From Paecilomyces variotii (Eukaryota): a stretch of 64,000 bases of DNA. The stretch lies in the NCBI GenBank assembly GCA_004022145.1, contig RCNU01000001.1; one strand, given 5' to 3'. Both the position numbers and the translations under genes were made by a program. Every line of letters begins with the position of its first letter. Within the stretch, counting starts at the first letter, position 1. Below are positions 39,482 through 51,953 of the stretch, piece after piece. The notes under the pieces are model-generated. The model saw nothing but the letters and a program-made list of their open reading frames with translations. It ran no database searches and was not told the origin of the DNA.

Positions 39482-40943
39482 GCGGACTGGCGAGGTCGTT
39501 CGACGGGATAATCAGGTAAACGAAGTGGGATAGTTGCCAATGGTGGCTCTGAGCAAGATGTTAGAATCCCTGAAACGCAGTAGGATAGATTCAATCGACG
39601 GTGGTGAGTTCTGGCGGTGTCCATATTACGAGTCCTATCGATAACGCGCCCGTTATGTTGGCTACTTATCGCCCTCTCCGCTCCACCCCCCGCCATGACT
39701 GTTTCCGCTGAAGCAGCGGAGGATTGACTCTTGGCCTGGTGAAGTATCGACGTTCACACGATTCTGCTGCCTTCAACGCTTGATATCTAGTATGGTAGAA
39801 TCATGTCGAAGTCACTACGCAAGCACTCTCCTCTACGGCTTCGGTACTCTATTCTATGGTGGTGTTATATTTATCTAAACGCCATATATATATTGAGCTC
39901 ACCAGCTGATATTCTCGGCAGTTCTGTTCCCAGGCTGGATACTGATGGATCTCTACCTATTTCTAGTATCAGGATAATTCCTGAGAAGTTGGAGAGATCC
40001 ACGGAGAGATCCGCAAACGATTTCTAGAAACTATGGTAGTACCCTAGGTTCATAGTAGCTTGAAACTTGATGACATCCGATCCTTCGCTCTACTGGTACG
40101 GTAAAGATGGAATATTTGGAATTATCACGCAATAGCAGTTATTGCTGAATGGACAGTTTTATTTCCAGCCATTCAGCATTTCAAAAGCGTCGTGCAACGA
40201 ACCGGGCAGTGAGCGACCCGCTCTGAGGTCATTCCCCGTCAGGTCAGACAGACCGATCATCATCAAAAGGAGAAGATGCAACATCTCGACAGGGGATATT
40301 GTATCAGACAAGAAGCTGTTATATTCAAGATAATCTTTCCCATGATGTAAGATTCGTCCCTGTTGAGCACGTCCCCAGGTCAAGGTACGGAGAAAATCTC
40401 AGATGTCTCGAATGTAGATCACGTTGATATTACCACCAGCTATTATTCCAGGGGGAGATCATCCATAAGGTCCACTTCCCCAGTCTGCGATCTTGAAACT
40501 TGTAGAATGGCTGGCGACAACTCGTTCTAGGCTTGATTCGACGCTCAGATCGACATCTCCCCTGGCCAGAGATTCAGCATCTGAACACCATGGTCTGAAT
40601 CAGTTCTGGGATCTGTTTGCACAAGTTCTTGATAGACCATTGGCAGTCTCTGAAATATACTGACCCATGGATGTCCCTTGCAGACAGAGGATCCTTTTGC
40701 GTAACAATTATTAATGTGTTCGCCATGACAGCACTGCTGCTGACGTAGAGGAAACGCCATCATGACAGCATCCGGATCTCGTCTCCTGGAGGCAAAGACA
40801 TAAAAGGATGTTGAACTCTGCGCTCTCCGATTCGGCTTCCACAGACACAAGCAAAGCAAATCGGATCTTCTACCACTATCATCGAGACATCGAAATCGAT
40901 CTATACTCACGACTTTCTACGAAAACCAAAACAACAAATCACA

Positions 40944-41292
40944 ATGGCCCCAACTCACTCCGGCGCTGCTCAGAGCAACCCTGGCAACTTCGCCAACCGC
41001 CCCCACGAGGAGGTTGAGAACATTGCCCGTAAAGGAGGTCAGCACAGCCACCAGGGAGGCTTCCATAACATGGACGAGGAGAAGCAGGTATGTATTGAAG
41101 AATGATTTCTGATATCCCCTATTCAATACACAAGAGACTTGAGTCTGACATTTCAAACAATAGCGAGAAATCGCTTCCAAGGGTGGCCACGCCTCTGGCG
41201 GTTCCTTCCAGCCCGGTGATCCTCGTGCCCGCGAGGCTGGCCGCAAGGGTGGTTCCCGCACCGGCGGCGACTACTACGAGCCCGAGGAGTAA
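40944..41292 (+). CDS. Conidiation-specific Con-10/ConJ-like KGG-repeat stress protein, 2 exons
   Basis: Spliced product MAPTHSGAAQSNPGNFANRPHEEVENIARKGG...EKQREIASKGGHASGGSF...AREAGRKGG; intron about 41088..41163. Absent as a single ORF from the supplied track. Confidence 0.9.
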
Positions 41293-42514
41293 ACCTGTGA
41301 TGGCATGAATTGGACCGGGATATGGAGTTCTGGGCACTAAGTCCTGTCTTTCTCTCGGGCGCTCTCTGTACTATATAGTGATATCATGTATATTATCACG
41401 ATCTCTCTCATGATGAATACTTATGACCGGCTTCCAATACAGGCTACTTTCTAAAAGTCAACATATATTATCTTCTCCCATCAAATATCCTTGTTTTTTT
41501 GTACTTTTGAGAAAAAGGAGAAATACTTGACGTTGGAATTCGCTCATGTTGGCTCAAGAAACTAACGTTTAGTGGTGCGGGATCCAGCTGTGTGGGGACC
41601 ATGACGATCGTCGATGTATGTACACGTTCTATATTATTATTGAATGCATTATGCCGAGACGCTGATAATTCTGTCGGGATACGGTTGTACAAAAATTTAT
41701 ACAGGTCCCCTGTCTGCAAAGATAAGCAGAGCATAAAATCAGTGTGGAACCACCGATCACAACTGTCTCAGGTCACTTACCAAATGCATACGGATGACTT
41801 GGGAAATTCATTCACCGTGTTGTATATATCTTGTAATCTCCTGACTGCTCTCAGTGTATCGCACAAGTCCCTTTCACTGATTCCCTTCATTGCCGTGGAT
41901 CACTTCGGCGCCTGCTATGAATATTATGGACTGGATTCGCCGCCAGAAGATGGGAGAAATATTCACATATATACCCTCTCTATCCTTTCATGATTTAAGG
42001 CGTAGCATCCATCGCTCCTGATCCTGATCCTCGATACCCTCTATCATATCTCCTACTCACTCTCTTATATGGCAGAAAATGGAATAATGTTCGTCTCCAG
42101 TAGCGGAAAGCAGATCTCGGCGCCGTGTCTTACTATTATATATTTGAGAATTTGAGACGTTGGTATCTGTCGTCCAAAGCGCGGAAGCATGGCCTGATTT
42201 GAACCGCCTAGCTGATTTCTAGATTAGAAATTTTAAGATTCAATTTTTCTTTGAATTTATTTTCTAAAAAAATTTAGCTTGTTTGGCTGTTGGTTACTTA
42301 GTCAATCTTTGTATAAAAGAAGAAAAGCGCTCAGTGCTGCGGTCGCGCGCCAGTCGCGTGAATTGCTTCTACTTAGTTCTAGGGCGTTTTGAATCCATAT
42401 TTATCTTCTATAGCTAGCGCCCTGTCATCTTGAGACATCAGTTGCCTCTATATATTATACTGCCCAGAACAGTTGGGTTCAAAAAACCCAACTATCACAA
42501 TAACCGGGATCAAA

Positions 42515-43270
42515 ATGGACAGTGTCCGTTGGGTGAGTTGTTATATTGCTCCTTCCCCTCCCCGGATTGTGCTGATTGTATAGTGAACAATGTCCATGAT
42601 ACCGTTGATCGTGATTCCTCCCCTGAGGAATTAGAGGCCGAATCAAGTGCAGATGAACCTCCCAGCGGTGGTCGCAAGCGTCGCAACGATTCCGATATTG
42701 CATTCCTGAGTCAAAAAGACATGCATTCAAGAACTTTGATGACACAAGAACGGCAGAGATGGAGAGTTGTTGATGACAAGACGATCTGTTTTCGCTCTCA
42801 TTAACATCATAATGCATCAAGTCGCGTAATATTATTCTACAGATACTGAAACATCCCGTCCCAATTTATGATCTCCACCCATACTAAGAGATCGAGATCC
42901 CAATGTCCGCTAATACGAGGGAAGTCCGACCAGCGATGACCCAATGCAGGATATTGGACTCTCGCATCATCGATACCCCCGACCGGAAGTTGGGCCGTCA
43001 GGCCACCGAGGAGCTGGGGGGCTCCGTAAGTAATTGGCGCCTCGAACAGATCGAAGTTGCCCATATCATTCCCTTTTCTATGGACAGACAGAGCGGCCAG
43101 TATCATTTTATGTTCTGGGTACTCTTCTTTCAGGTCAACAGATTCTCGTGCCCTTCGACAATTCGGATGTTTCGATGATGTCCTCTGAGGACGATTCGCC
43201 GAGAATTTTATCAGCATTTTTGGACCGCAGACCGAACAGATGCATGGAAATGATAAATCTTTGGAAGTGA
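42515..43270 (+). pseudogene. Degenerate fungal HNH-nuclease-domain gene (HNH_2-like)
   Basis: IEVAHIIPFS motif near 43050-43080; upstream acidic/basic region in a separate short ORF; stops and frame breaks; intron-like signals at 42533-42583. Confidence 0.6.
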
Positions 43271-43753
43271 CGGAATAGAAGTCTGTCAGAACTTATCAAC
43301 ACTATCCCGATGTGCACAGAAACCGAAAACACTATATCAGACCTAGGGGCCAGACCTCTAAGGAGTTCTCCTTTTTGGTCAAGTCGTGCAGTCCACTTCC
43401 GTTACATTATATATAAGAGAACTATTATCCCGTTATTATTCTGATACATACTCCGAGAGTCTTATGCATGAATCCAAGACTCGTGCATATCCAAAGCAGA
43501 AGTTTGTACAGTGAGATCTCCAAGTCCAACCTCTCCCATTCGCCTTTCCCACTCTATTCAATATCAACAGTCCTAGGCTGATCTACGCTTTCGCTTGCTC
43601 AACAGGTGATTTCGGCGTGGGTCGGGTAACAAAGCAGCTAGATAGGTATAGAATTCCCCTTCTTCTCTGCCTGAGCGCTTCCTTCGTTTATTCTTTTTCG
43701 TGAAGCATCCTTCGTCCCTTCAAATCTCTTCTGCTTATTACTCTTGCTTCATC

Positions 43754-44061
43754 ATGGCATTTGCTTTGCGGCAGCTAGAAGCTGATCTCCTAGCCTGTGG
43801 CCAACCGGACTACATCATTCGAACCACTTCTTTGGTAAGTTTTGAGCAAACGAACCCAGATGCAGGGACTAACATGAGATAGTCCACTATTGGGGACGAC
43901 GAGATTCTATCTCCTCGATTATGGTACGTTGTGGTCAAGACGTTATACTTAACGGTACTCGCCGATTACCGCATTATAATGCCAATAGCAAGCAATATGA
44001 ACAATCAAAAGCTTGCCTTGAGTATCAGAGGTGGAGAGTTGTTGACGACGACACGGTCTGA
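43754..44061 (+). pseudogene. Three-exon short gene or truncated paralog of the upstream HNH-like gene
   Basis: Introns 43835..43882 (GTAAGT/ACTAAC/TAG) and 43924..43988 give a product ending ...CLEYQRWRVVDDDTV*, which matches QRWRVVDDKTI in the 42.7-kb fragment. Confidence 0.5.
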
Positions 44062-44959
44062 CCAACACAACAATTGTGATACCAAGACGACACTTTCAAA
44101 ATGGGTTTTCAGTGGCTCGATACCACTGTAAAGGTGATGGAGACGGTTGCTGGGGGGGCTGTTCCTCCTCAACATCGTGGTGAGGGGGGAAGGGGGACAG
44201 TGAGGGTATGGCACACATATCCGGGTGCGACTGTGGAGGGCCGCGAAGGCCTTCATAATAACGGCCGCCATGCTTGAAGAGGCCCCGGCGGAGGGGGGGG
44301 GGCTCACACCAGCGTCGAGTTCACACTTATGCGCAGTGCTGGTGACGAGTACTTGTTCGCTAGAGATGAACTCACAAACAACAGGCATCGAATCAACTTC
44401 AAGAGCAATCATTGGAGTCGCCACATACAACGCACACATGAATTGTTTCTCAACCCAAGGACGCGACTTTCTCGATACAGACCAGTCACCGAAATTTAGA
44501 ATGCGAGCTTCAACTCCCCCGAAGCATACGATCTCTATTGAGCTGGGTTTCACTCTCATTAACATTCTACGTATATAGGTATCCTTCAGAAACAAGCAAG
44601 GCACACACCCTTGGTGCCAGTAATGGGCCAATAGGAAGCACAACGAATGTCTTTCTTGCACTCAGTAAGTACTTCTTAATAACATTCTCTACTACGAACA
44701 ATGAGATTGTCAGTATTAGTTTGGTTGATTTCCTTATTGCTTTGACTTTGACACCCTTAACTGGGATAGTGCAAGAGCAATGCTTGATGTCAGTGTTGGA
44801 AACGCACGCATTAGAGCACGAAGTGATGGACAATTTCGTATCATTAGCAATGAGATGGGGATTGTCTCGTCCAGCTGCAGTCAATATGTCGTCCGATACA
44901 CAATCTAAGTCTGATACGAACAACAGTGACAGTGGCTTCTTAGATTTGGAATGTGCGAC

Positions 44960-45296
44960 CAAAAGATATGCCTTCCGGGGAATACAACAATCCTGGGGCA
45001 TCTCGGAGATGGAAAGGAGAGTCCGCCTTGAGGACAATATCATTGATGAGTTGTGCAAAATCACCGCTGCTCGAGAGCACTTCCGACTGGGAAATGGAGT
45101 CTTGATAGAAAATCATGCAAACTCGTTAGACGACAAGCCAGAAAAAGACCCCCAGTCGAGTTCGCGACCCTCAAGGCCTGATTCCTTTTTCATCCATCAA
45201 CGAGGCAATGATGTGAAGTCCGTTGTCATGACAATCGAATACAAACCACCTCACAATATAATACCCACTCCAAAGATTGGCCTGCTGGTTTCCTGA
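44960..45296 (+). pseudogene. Fragment of a fungal PD-(D/E)xK-like domain protein
   Basis: IIDELCKITAAREHFRLGNGV...NHANSL...SRPDSFFIH...TIEYKPPH resembles, from memory, the RPD...VEYKPPHKL motif of fungal nuclease-like/kinase accessory proteins. The ORF stops shortly after the motif. Confidence 0.55.
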
Positions 45297-45702
45297 GCGC
45301 AACACATACTAAGAGGATTTGCCGCATTCGCTGACGAGCTTATTTAGAACTGTTGTGGCTATGTTTCAAGTCATCACCTGCAGAGCTTTCAGACAATATA
45401 TACATACATACAATAACCAATAGCTACATGGAAAGACATCATTTGGAAAGAACAACTGTTCAAAAAAATGGCTTCGAATGGAATATATCGCAACAATCTA
45501 CTTCAAGTCTGCAACTTCATCTCATCCTCATAATCACCGTTGATTATTTCTAACTTAATAACCATTGAATCTCGATCTAAATCCGTCCATTACTTTGTCA
45601 ATATCGTTCTTATGGCTTCTATATGGAACGAGGTTCAGAGTGTCCACGGTCACGTAAATAACACTTCTACTTTACCTCCTTTCTCTAATATTCGATCGTC
45701 CG

Positions 45703-46020
45703 GTGCTGGATAAGTACGAGCTTGCGTTGAATCACCACTTTACCGTCCCAATCGAACTGGATACCGTACGGCGACAGGCCGGCACGGATGAGGTCTCCAT
45801 CCAGTTCAAGCGGGCCCTGGATAATCTTTGGGAGGACTGCGTGACCCGGGAGGATTGGGAATTGTTACTCACGCGGACCGCGGCGGCAGTGCCAGAGGAG
45901 ATTCCCCGGTTTCGCGATGCGTTGCGGATTCTGCCCACTACTTAGGAGGTTGGTCAGCGCATATAACTATAACCACGAGGTCATGCGTGATCTACGCCGG
46001 CCCGTCATCAAGATTATGCT
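45703..46020 (+). mobile_element. PIF1-like helicase remnant (Helitron/transposon-associated type)
   Basis: IELDTVRRQAG...FKRALDNL...DWELLLTR...FRDALRI, then a stop, and NHEVMRDLRRPVIKI downstream. This resembles the PIF1 region after motif III; no Walker A is present. Confidence 0.65.
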
Positions 46021-47125
46021 CTTTCTCCTGTTGTAGTGTGCGACTACTTAACGTGTGAGCAGCCGTCGGTTTTAGTTTTTTGTTCGATGGCTACGTTTTC
46101 TCTCTGGGTTTTGGTGCGCTTCAGCGCTCCAGAGCTTAGCTTCTTCCAGATCCAAATCTCAGATAGCCATTACGACCCCAGCTATGGACTTTTACCAAGT
46201 TATCATCTCCGGGGCCACCAAAGGTTCACACGCTTTCTGGAAGAATCGTTCAGAGATTTTGAGAGAGACAATAAACAACAATATGCCATGGTGGGAGGTA
46301 TAACTGGAGACATTATCGATTGGCATGAGTTAGTTATACCTGTTCTTATAAGGCTTACGGTATCAAAGCCTGCGCAGATCAACAAGCAAGGTGACTCCTC
46401 GAAAAGCAAGCAAGCGAGGACACGGCCAGAAGCGCCGTATCACGCAAGAGCAGATATCATCAGTATCTCGCGCCAAGAAACGGGTTAAGGTGGAAAGGGA
46501 CACGACGGCGATCTACCTAAGGTATGGACCAGATGACCTCGCAGGTCAAGATTGGAAGGATGAGATTCTTGAGCCTGTGAAACGGCTAGAGCTCACCCGC
46601 AATTCAGCGACTCCCAACATGCATGAAGCATATTGGGTTTGGCATTTTATCACCACTGCGCTTCACACTGTAAGACCGAAAGACCCAGAGGAGCAGAGAC
46701 GCCGCTGAGAATGCGGCGGATTTGCTACCCCCGGCTCTTCCAGATCGTTCACAGGTCAGCATTGCCGACGAGCAAGTGCTCGGTAACGAAGGCAAGTTTA
46801 AAGAATGGACGACACTCGCAGGCAAAAGTGTTTTGCAACAGCGACCTTTACCTGAACAGCGAGTCCATTGATTGATCGTCTGGTGGAAATATTTAAATAT
46901 AGTATGCATTTCCTCATAGTACTCGACTGGCAATATCATAACATAACACGTGACGCCGCTCAATGTGTCTATAGAAACAGAATAGACAGTAAAAGTGCGA
47001 AAATGCTGTGTTGAGAGACCGTAACGAAACCAGCACACGGTTGGCGGAAGGGTATTTATGTACTAGAATAACATGAAGGAGACACAGTGGTATTTAGTAT
47101 CAATATCGGGGAAGAAAAATCGGTA

Positions 47126-48825
47126 CTACCTGGGACGCAAATCAACAACCTCAAACTCCAATCCCTTTGCTTCGAATACATGTCCAGGACGTAATGCATC
47201 AGTGTAGATATTTGTTTGGGCATGCGGATGGAAAAGACCTGTCTGTGTACAGCTCAGGATCGACTTCAGCCCCGGAGGGTCTGTAAGTCTGAAGACGCCC
47301 CAGTCTGGATCTTTGCTAGGAGCGCAGACGATGGCGATGCTCTCCGGAAGCATCACCTGGTAACCACTGTGGGTATGTAAGTCTCTAGAACTCATGAAAC
47401 AAGTCTGAGTTGGGTGAGTGTGGATCCAGCCAAGTACCATGAGGTCTTCAGAGTCACAGTAATCGAAAACGGCGGATTCATTGACCGTCTCACATGTATC
47501 AGACGTTGATTCTTGTTCAGGAATAAGAAGTTTAGAAACGAATAGCGCGTTTGAAATCAAAGTCCCACAGAGAATACCGCAGGTTTCCAAATTCCTGCGA
47601 GTATTGTCGGACGCCAAGGATAAGAAACGAGTACGAAGAGTTGGTGGAAGGAAGACCGTGCGTAAGGGAGTCCCGTTCTCGAGATAAGCAGACGGTTTGA
47701 ATGTAAATGTCGAGGGGTTTAAATCGGATTGCGAAGCAGCAGCGCCTGCAACCGGTGTTCCTTTCTCTGGCAAGGGGGGCGGCGACGATAGTTTGCCAGG
47801 ACGAGGAGGCAGGTCAGGCACTGCGGGCTGTGCCTGATGGATAGTCTCCTTCGGCGGGCGCTCAGGAGGCGCAGATAGCTCACTGTCGGATTTGTGCGGC
47901 TCCGTAGGGACCGGATATACATCAGGCTGCCGATGCTTGGGGACAGACGGGTACTTGTATGTGGACTGTGAAGCTTGAGCGGAGGGCCTTCGGATGGTGT
48001 TCTGGACGTGGTCATTCCTCGCAGAATGCGGCCTGTTGATTGCCTGATGGTCGATGTTCATTCTCACTTCCTGAATTCGCCTGCTAAGATCATCATCCGC
48101 TCCTCGACCACTCCTGTTGACTCCTTGCCCCCAGTCATCCCACGCCCCAGCTATCCGTCGCTCTTGGCCTTCTTGACTCGATATCTGACGGGATGCATTC
48201 CGCACAGTTGCCCTCCGGTCTAGCTCCTTCTGTGCCAACCTGACAGCCAGCTCTCTATTCTCCCCTGCTTCTAATGGTTGTGGAACCCGGGTGAGGGCGG
48301 GATCAGGCGGTAGTTGATTCTGTGAAGGCACGGTATCGCTCAGTGGTGTCGGTGTCGATTTTCTAGTCTGGCGTTGCTCCATCAATTGGGTATACCGCTC
48401 GTAACGTTTGTTGATGCGCGGTTTCAAGAATTCCAGCTTCTTGAGATTCTGTTTCACATCTCTCTCTGCCTGAATCAGCGCCTTGCGGTTGTTCGGTGAC
48501 TTCGCTTCGGGGTGGTCTGCAAGGTGTACCAGCACAAGCTGCGCATGTCTGAAGAGCAACAAGTACGCCTGTTCATCGTGACCTTCGCTTTCATAGATAC
48601 TGGCCTGTAAGATAGGAAACCATTAGACATTGGGAGGAACAGGTACTGGGAACATAGCAACAACGGGGGTCCAACCTCTTTGAGAAGAGATGCTGCTGAC
48701 CGCAACCAATATCGAAGGGGTATCATTGGGTTATATTCATAATCCTGGGCCATCCGGGTAATTTGTTCCACGCTCACCGGGACTGAGAAGTCACTGCCCG
48801 CAAAGGCAGGCTGCTGTGAAGCCAT
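47126..48825 (-). CDS. AMSH/STAMBP-like JAMM deubiquitinase (Sst2-like), 2 exons
   Basis: N-terminal USP8_dimer/MIT-like region, LETCGILCG, GWIHTHPTQTCFMSSRDLHTH and FHPH. Confidence 0.95.
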
Positions 48826-49491
48826 TGCAGCGGGGTACCGCGCGGAGCTCTAGGGAGCAATCGACAGTGGTAGTAGGTAACGAAAGAGAGCTCTACCAGG
48901 CCGTTCAGAGTCTTAATCAGAAGCACACAGACTATATCACCGGATTCTCTTCGAGCAGTAATTCAGCGGGACAGCATGAAGGTGTCGAGGCGCATAGCAT
49001 CCAGGCTGCCGCCAATTCATCAGAGTCTCGTGGTAGACACCGTCAACCGAGGACCCTGGAAGCAGAGGCAAAAAACACAGAGCTGCACAGTCTCCGGGAC
49101 ACTGGAGATGCGCTCCAAGAACATATTTCGACGAGTGTGCCGAGAGTTGTTAACGCTGCTGGTTGTTGATCTGGACTCTGGAGGGACGACGTCGGTTTCC
49201 CGCAGTGGAGCCCATCGGCGGAGCTTCGAGAACATCCAGAAAAGCCCCGGACTTTTCTTGTCGACCGCGATAACTTGCGACAAACGAACAGCTGCAGCGC
49301 TCACCACGGCCCAGTTTGAGCCAACTGAGGCAATCGTGGAGCAGACTGGAGAACTTGCGATTCTTCAGATAACAAAGCTGTCTCCCTAACACTGTGCACG
49401 CGTCTTCGTTTGGGGCGGCTGGTACTCCGGCGTCCTACGCGGAGAACTGGGGATACGATCTGCTCGAGATCAGGGCCTGTTCGCTATAAAA

Positions 49492-51452
49492 ATGCCTAAG
49501 CCATCGAAATGGGCGCGCTCTCCGAAGTATCCTCTTACGGAACATCTCTACCAAATCTTGTACAAGCAGCAAGCAGGGAAGAGACTTCCGCGATCACATA
49601 TCGTGAGTGAGAAACTCTGTGGTAAGAGCTGCCCGTGATGCGACAACTTCTACAAAGGTCATATCTAATTACCAATGTCCATGCAGATGATGTCCTTAAA
49701 CAACTATCCCCCTATCTGCTGAGGAACAAGCCCACGGATATTGTTGACCTCTTGCCTGGTGACGGCTTCTGGTCTTCCAAAGTCAATAATTTCTTGAAAC
49801 CAAGACAACATTTATTATTCGAATCCGAACTCCCAATATACGGGGACATGCTGAATCAGCTTGCCGCTAATAATCCGTCCTACAAAATCATCGAGATTCA
49901 GCATAACTGGGTTAATGAGGATCACTGGAACACGATATTCGCGCAACACTTGCCGGTGCCTCCACCAAATACTGCGGACGGTGTCATAAATGACAGTCTG
50001 TTGGTCCTTGCAAATTTGACCTACTTCGTCCCGAAGGGCAGCCATTTCACCCCGTCTCGAGAATGGGCCCACTTCATGTCAAAGGCTCTAAGGGGACTGC
50101 AGTTCCACCGTTATGGCATGGCTAGGATCCTTGCTTTGATGCCGACGGAGGAGGGTCATCTAGTAATGCCGCGAAGCGTCTTTGATCGCAAAAGGCCTGC
50201 ACTGCTGACGGAGGCGATCGGCAAAGTAGCATTCAGCGTTGCAAATACCACCGACGGTGGAGCCTGGACTAGACTGAGGACGTGGGATTTAATGACAAAG
50301 AGCGCTAGTCGCGCTGCTGAGAGAGCTGCCGAGCAGAAGGTCGAAGTGATCGAAGGGCGGGAACACCCACCGATCCTGATGGCCCCCGTGAGTGCCGATC
50401 CGGGCAAGAAGCCAGCTCCGCATGTGCCTCGTGTTAGACACGAGTGGCAGCAGAAATACATCGAGGTCTTGGAACTAGTCAAACAACGCGAAGCAGAATT
50501 GAAGGCATCAGGCTCCCCTCCCGGGAAGGACAAGAGGCTCACTGCGCTGCATCAACATTATAAACGATACCAGGTTCAACTGAACCAGGATAATCGGCGT
50601 TGGTTTGGTCGGATCCAGTTAACAGAGAAACAGGGTGAAATCGATGAAATGGAGAGAGAGCTAGCTCGAGCAGCAGCAAATCCCCAGACAGATCCGCAGA
50701 CACTCAAAGATTTGGACTCCAAAATTGCTTTAATGAGAGCGGACTGGGCTAAGATGCGCGAGGAGCTTGACTACGTGGTACATGAACGAGCCGATCTCTA
50801 TATAGACGAAATGCGAGCAGCTTTGAAGACTGGGAGTCTCGATGATGCTGTCCTTCTTTGGGACCGCCGTCCCTTCGAACCACTGCATATCAAACACGAT
50901 GAAATCTATCCTGTGGGAGCACCATGTACTATGATATATTTCGAACCGAACCGCGATTCACCGTTGGTGAAAGCCCTAGAAAGCATGGAAAGGGGCCGCG
51001 AGAAGCATGACTTGACAGATGTCACCGAGGAGATCCTCTCCGTGGTCGGAATGCGCAATTCGCTTTCTGTCAACGAATTTCTGAATGCCCTGTTTCCGGA
51101 ACGACCCATTAATGACATTGTCAAGGCAGTCCCAAGTTTGGCGGCACTGGCTTCCAAGAGACTGAAGAAGGACTTTGACGGTTCGGTCAAAGGCTCAAAT
51201 CCTCAGGAGACGGACCCGATATACACTTACCAAGAAATCCTCGATTACGATCTGAGCGACGTAAGGATACGCAGCGTTCCTCTACTTGTTCTATGGGACC
51301 TTATCTTGGAATATAGCAAATGGCCAGCCAAGGCTACTTCCACGCGACGCATAAACACCATTCTGGGTGGTTCCATGACGGACTGGCAATCAGCCATCCT
51401 CTCATTCAACTTTAAGGCCGGCAAAGCTTCTGGGAAGGTGGATGTATTGTGA
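49492..51452 (+). CDS. MTF1: Mitochondrial transcription factor 1 (KsgA/Dim1-like fold), 2 exons
   Basis: RSHIVSEKLC/DDVLKQL across intron 49622..49686, DIVDLLPGDGFWS, NDSLLVLANL, FHRYGMARIL, WDRRPFEPL and MIYFEP. Confidence 0.78.
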
Positions 51453-51953
51453 TGACGCAGTTGTCTTTTTTCGCCGTACCCCATTCATGTTGCATCAATG
51501 GACTATAGATATACAAAGCTTTGTCTTCTTTAAAGCATATGTATTCACTGGTTGCTTTTATCTATATTCATGTACATTATACCCCCATTTTTGTTTCGGA
51601 TTAGATGATCTTGCATACAGGAGAAAATGTACGTTCAACGATTGTGTTTGCAATCAAGGGTAGGGCTCTACAGATCGAGTGCCAGATCTAAGTATGTCCA
51701 GTTTTGCGATGCTCGGTAAACTACAGTGCAGATGCAATCAGAGACCGAGTGAGAGAGAGAAAGAGAAAAAGTCCCATTTTTTGTCTACCCTAGGTACATC
51801 AAAGAGAAAGATAAAGAAACCAGTGCCCATCCGAAAAAAAGGTGAAACAAAACGCTCCTGGATCAATAAGGACAATTCGCTGTAAATAGGGAGAAAGAAA
51901 GTGAAGGCATAGAGAGAAAAGCCCCCATCAATAACCTTTGCCATGGACCCAAA

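Noticed and set aside
44005-44661. 218-aa minus-strand ORF as an intact gene or retrotransposon zinc finger
   Set aside because: No recognisable motif; it spans compositionally different segments and G/C homopolymers, so it is likely a chance ORF across fragments.
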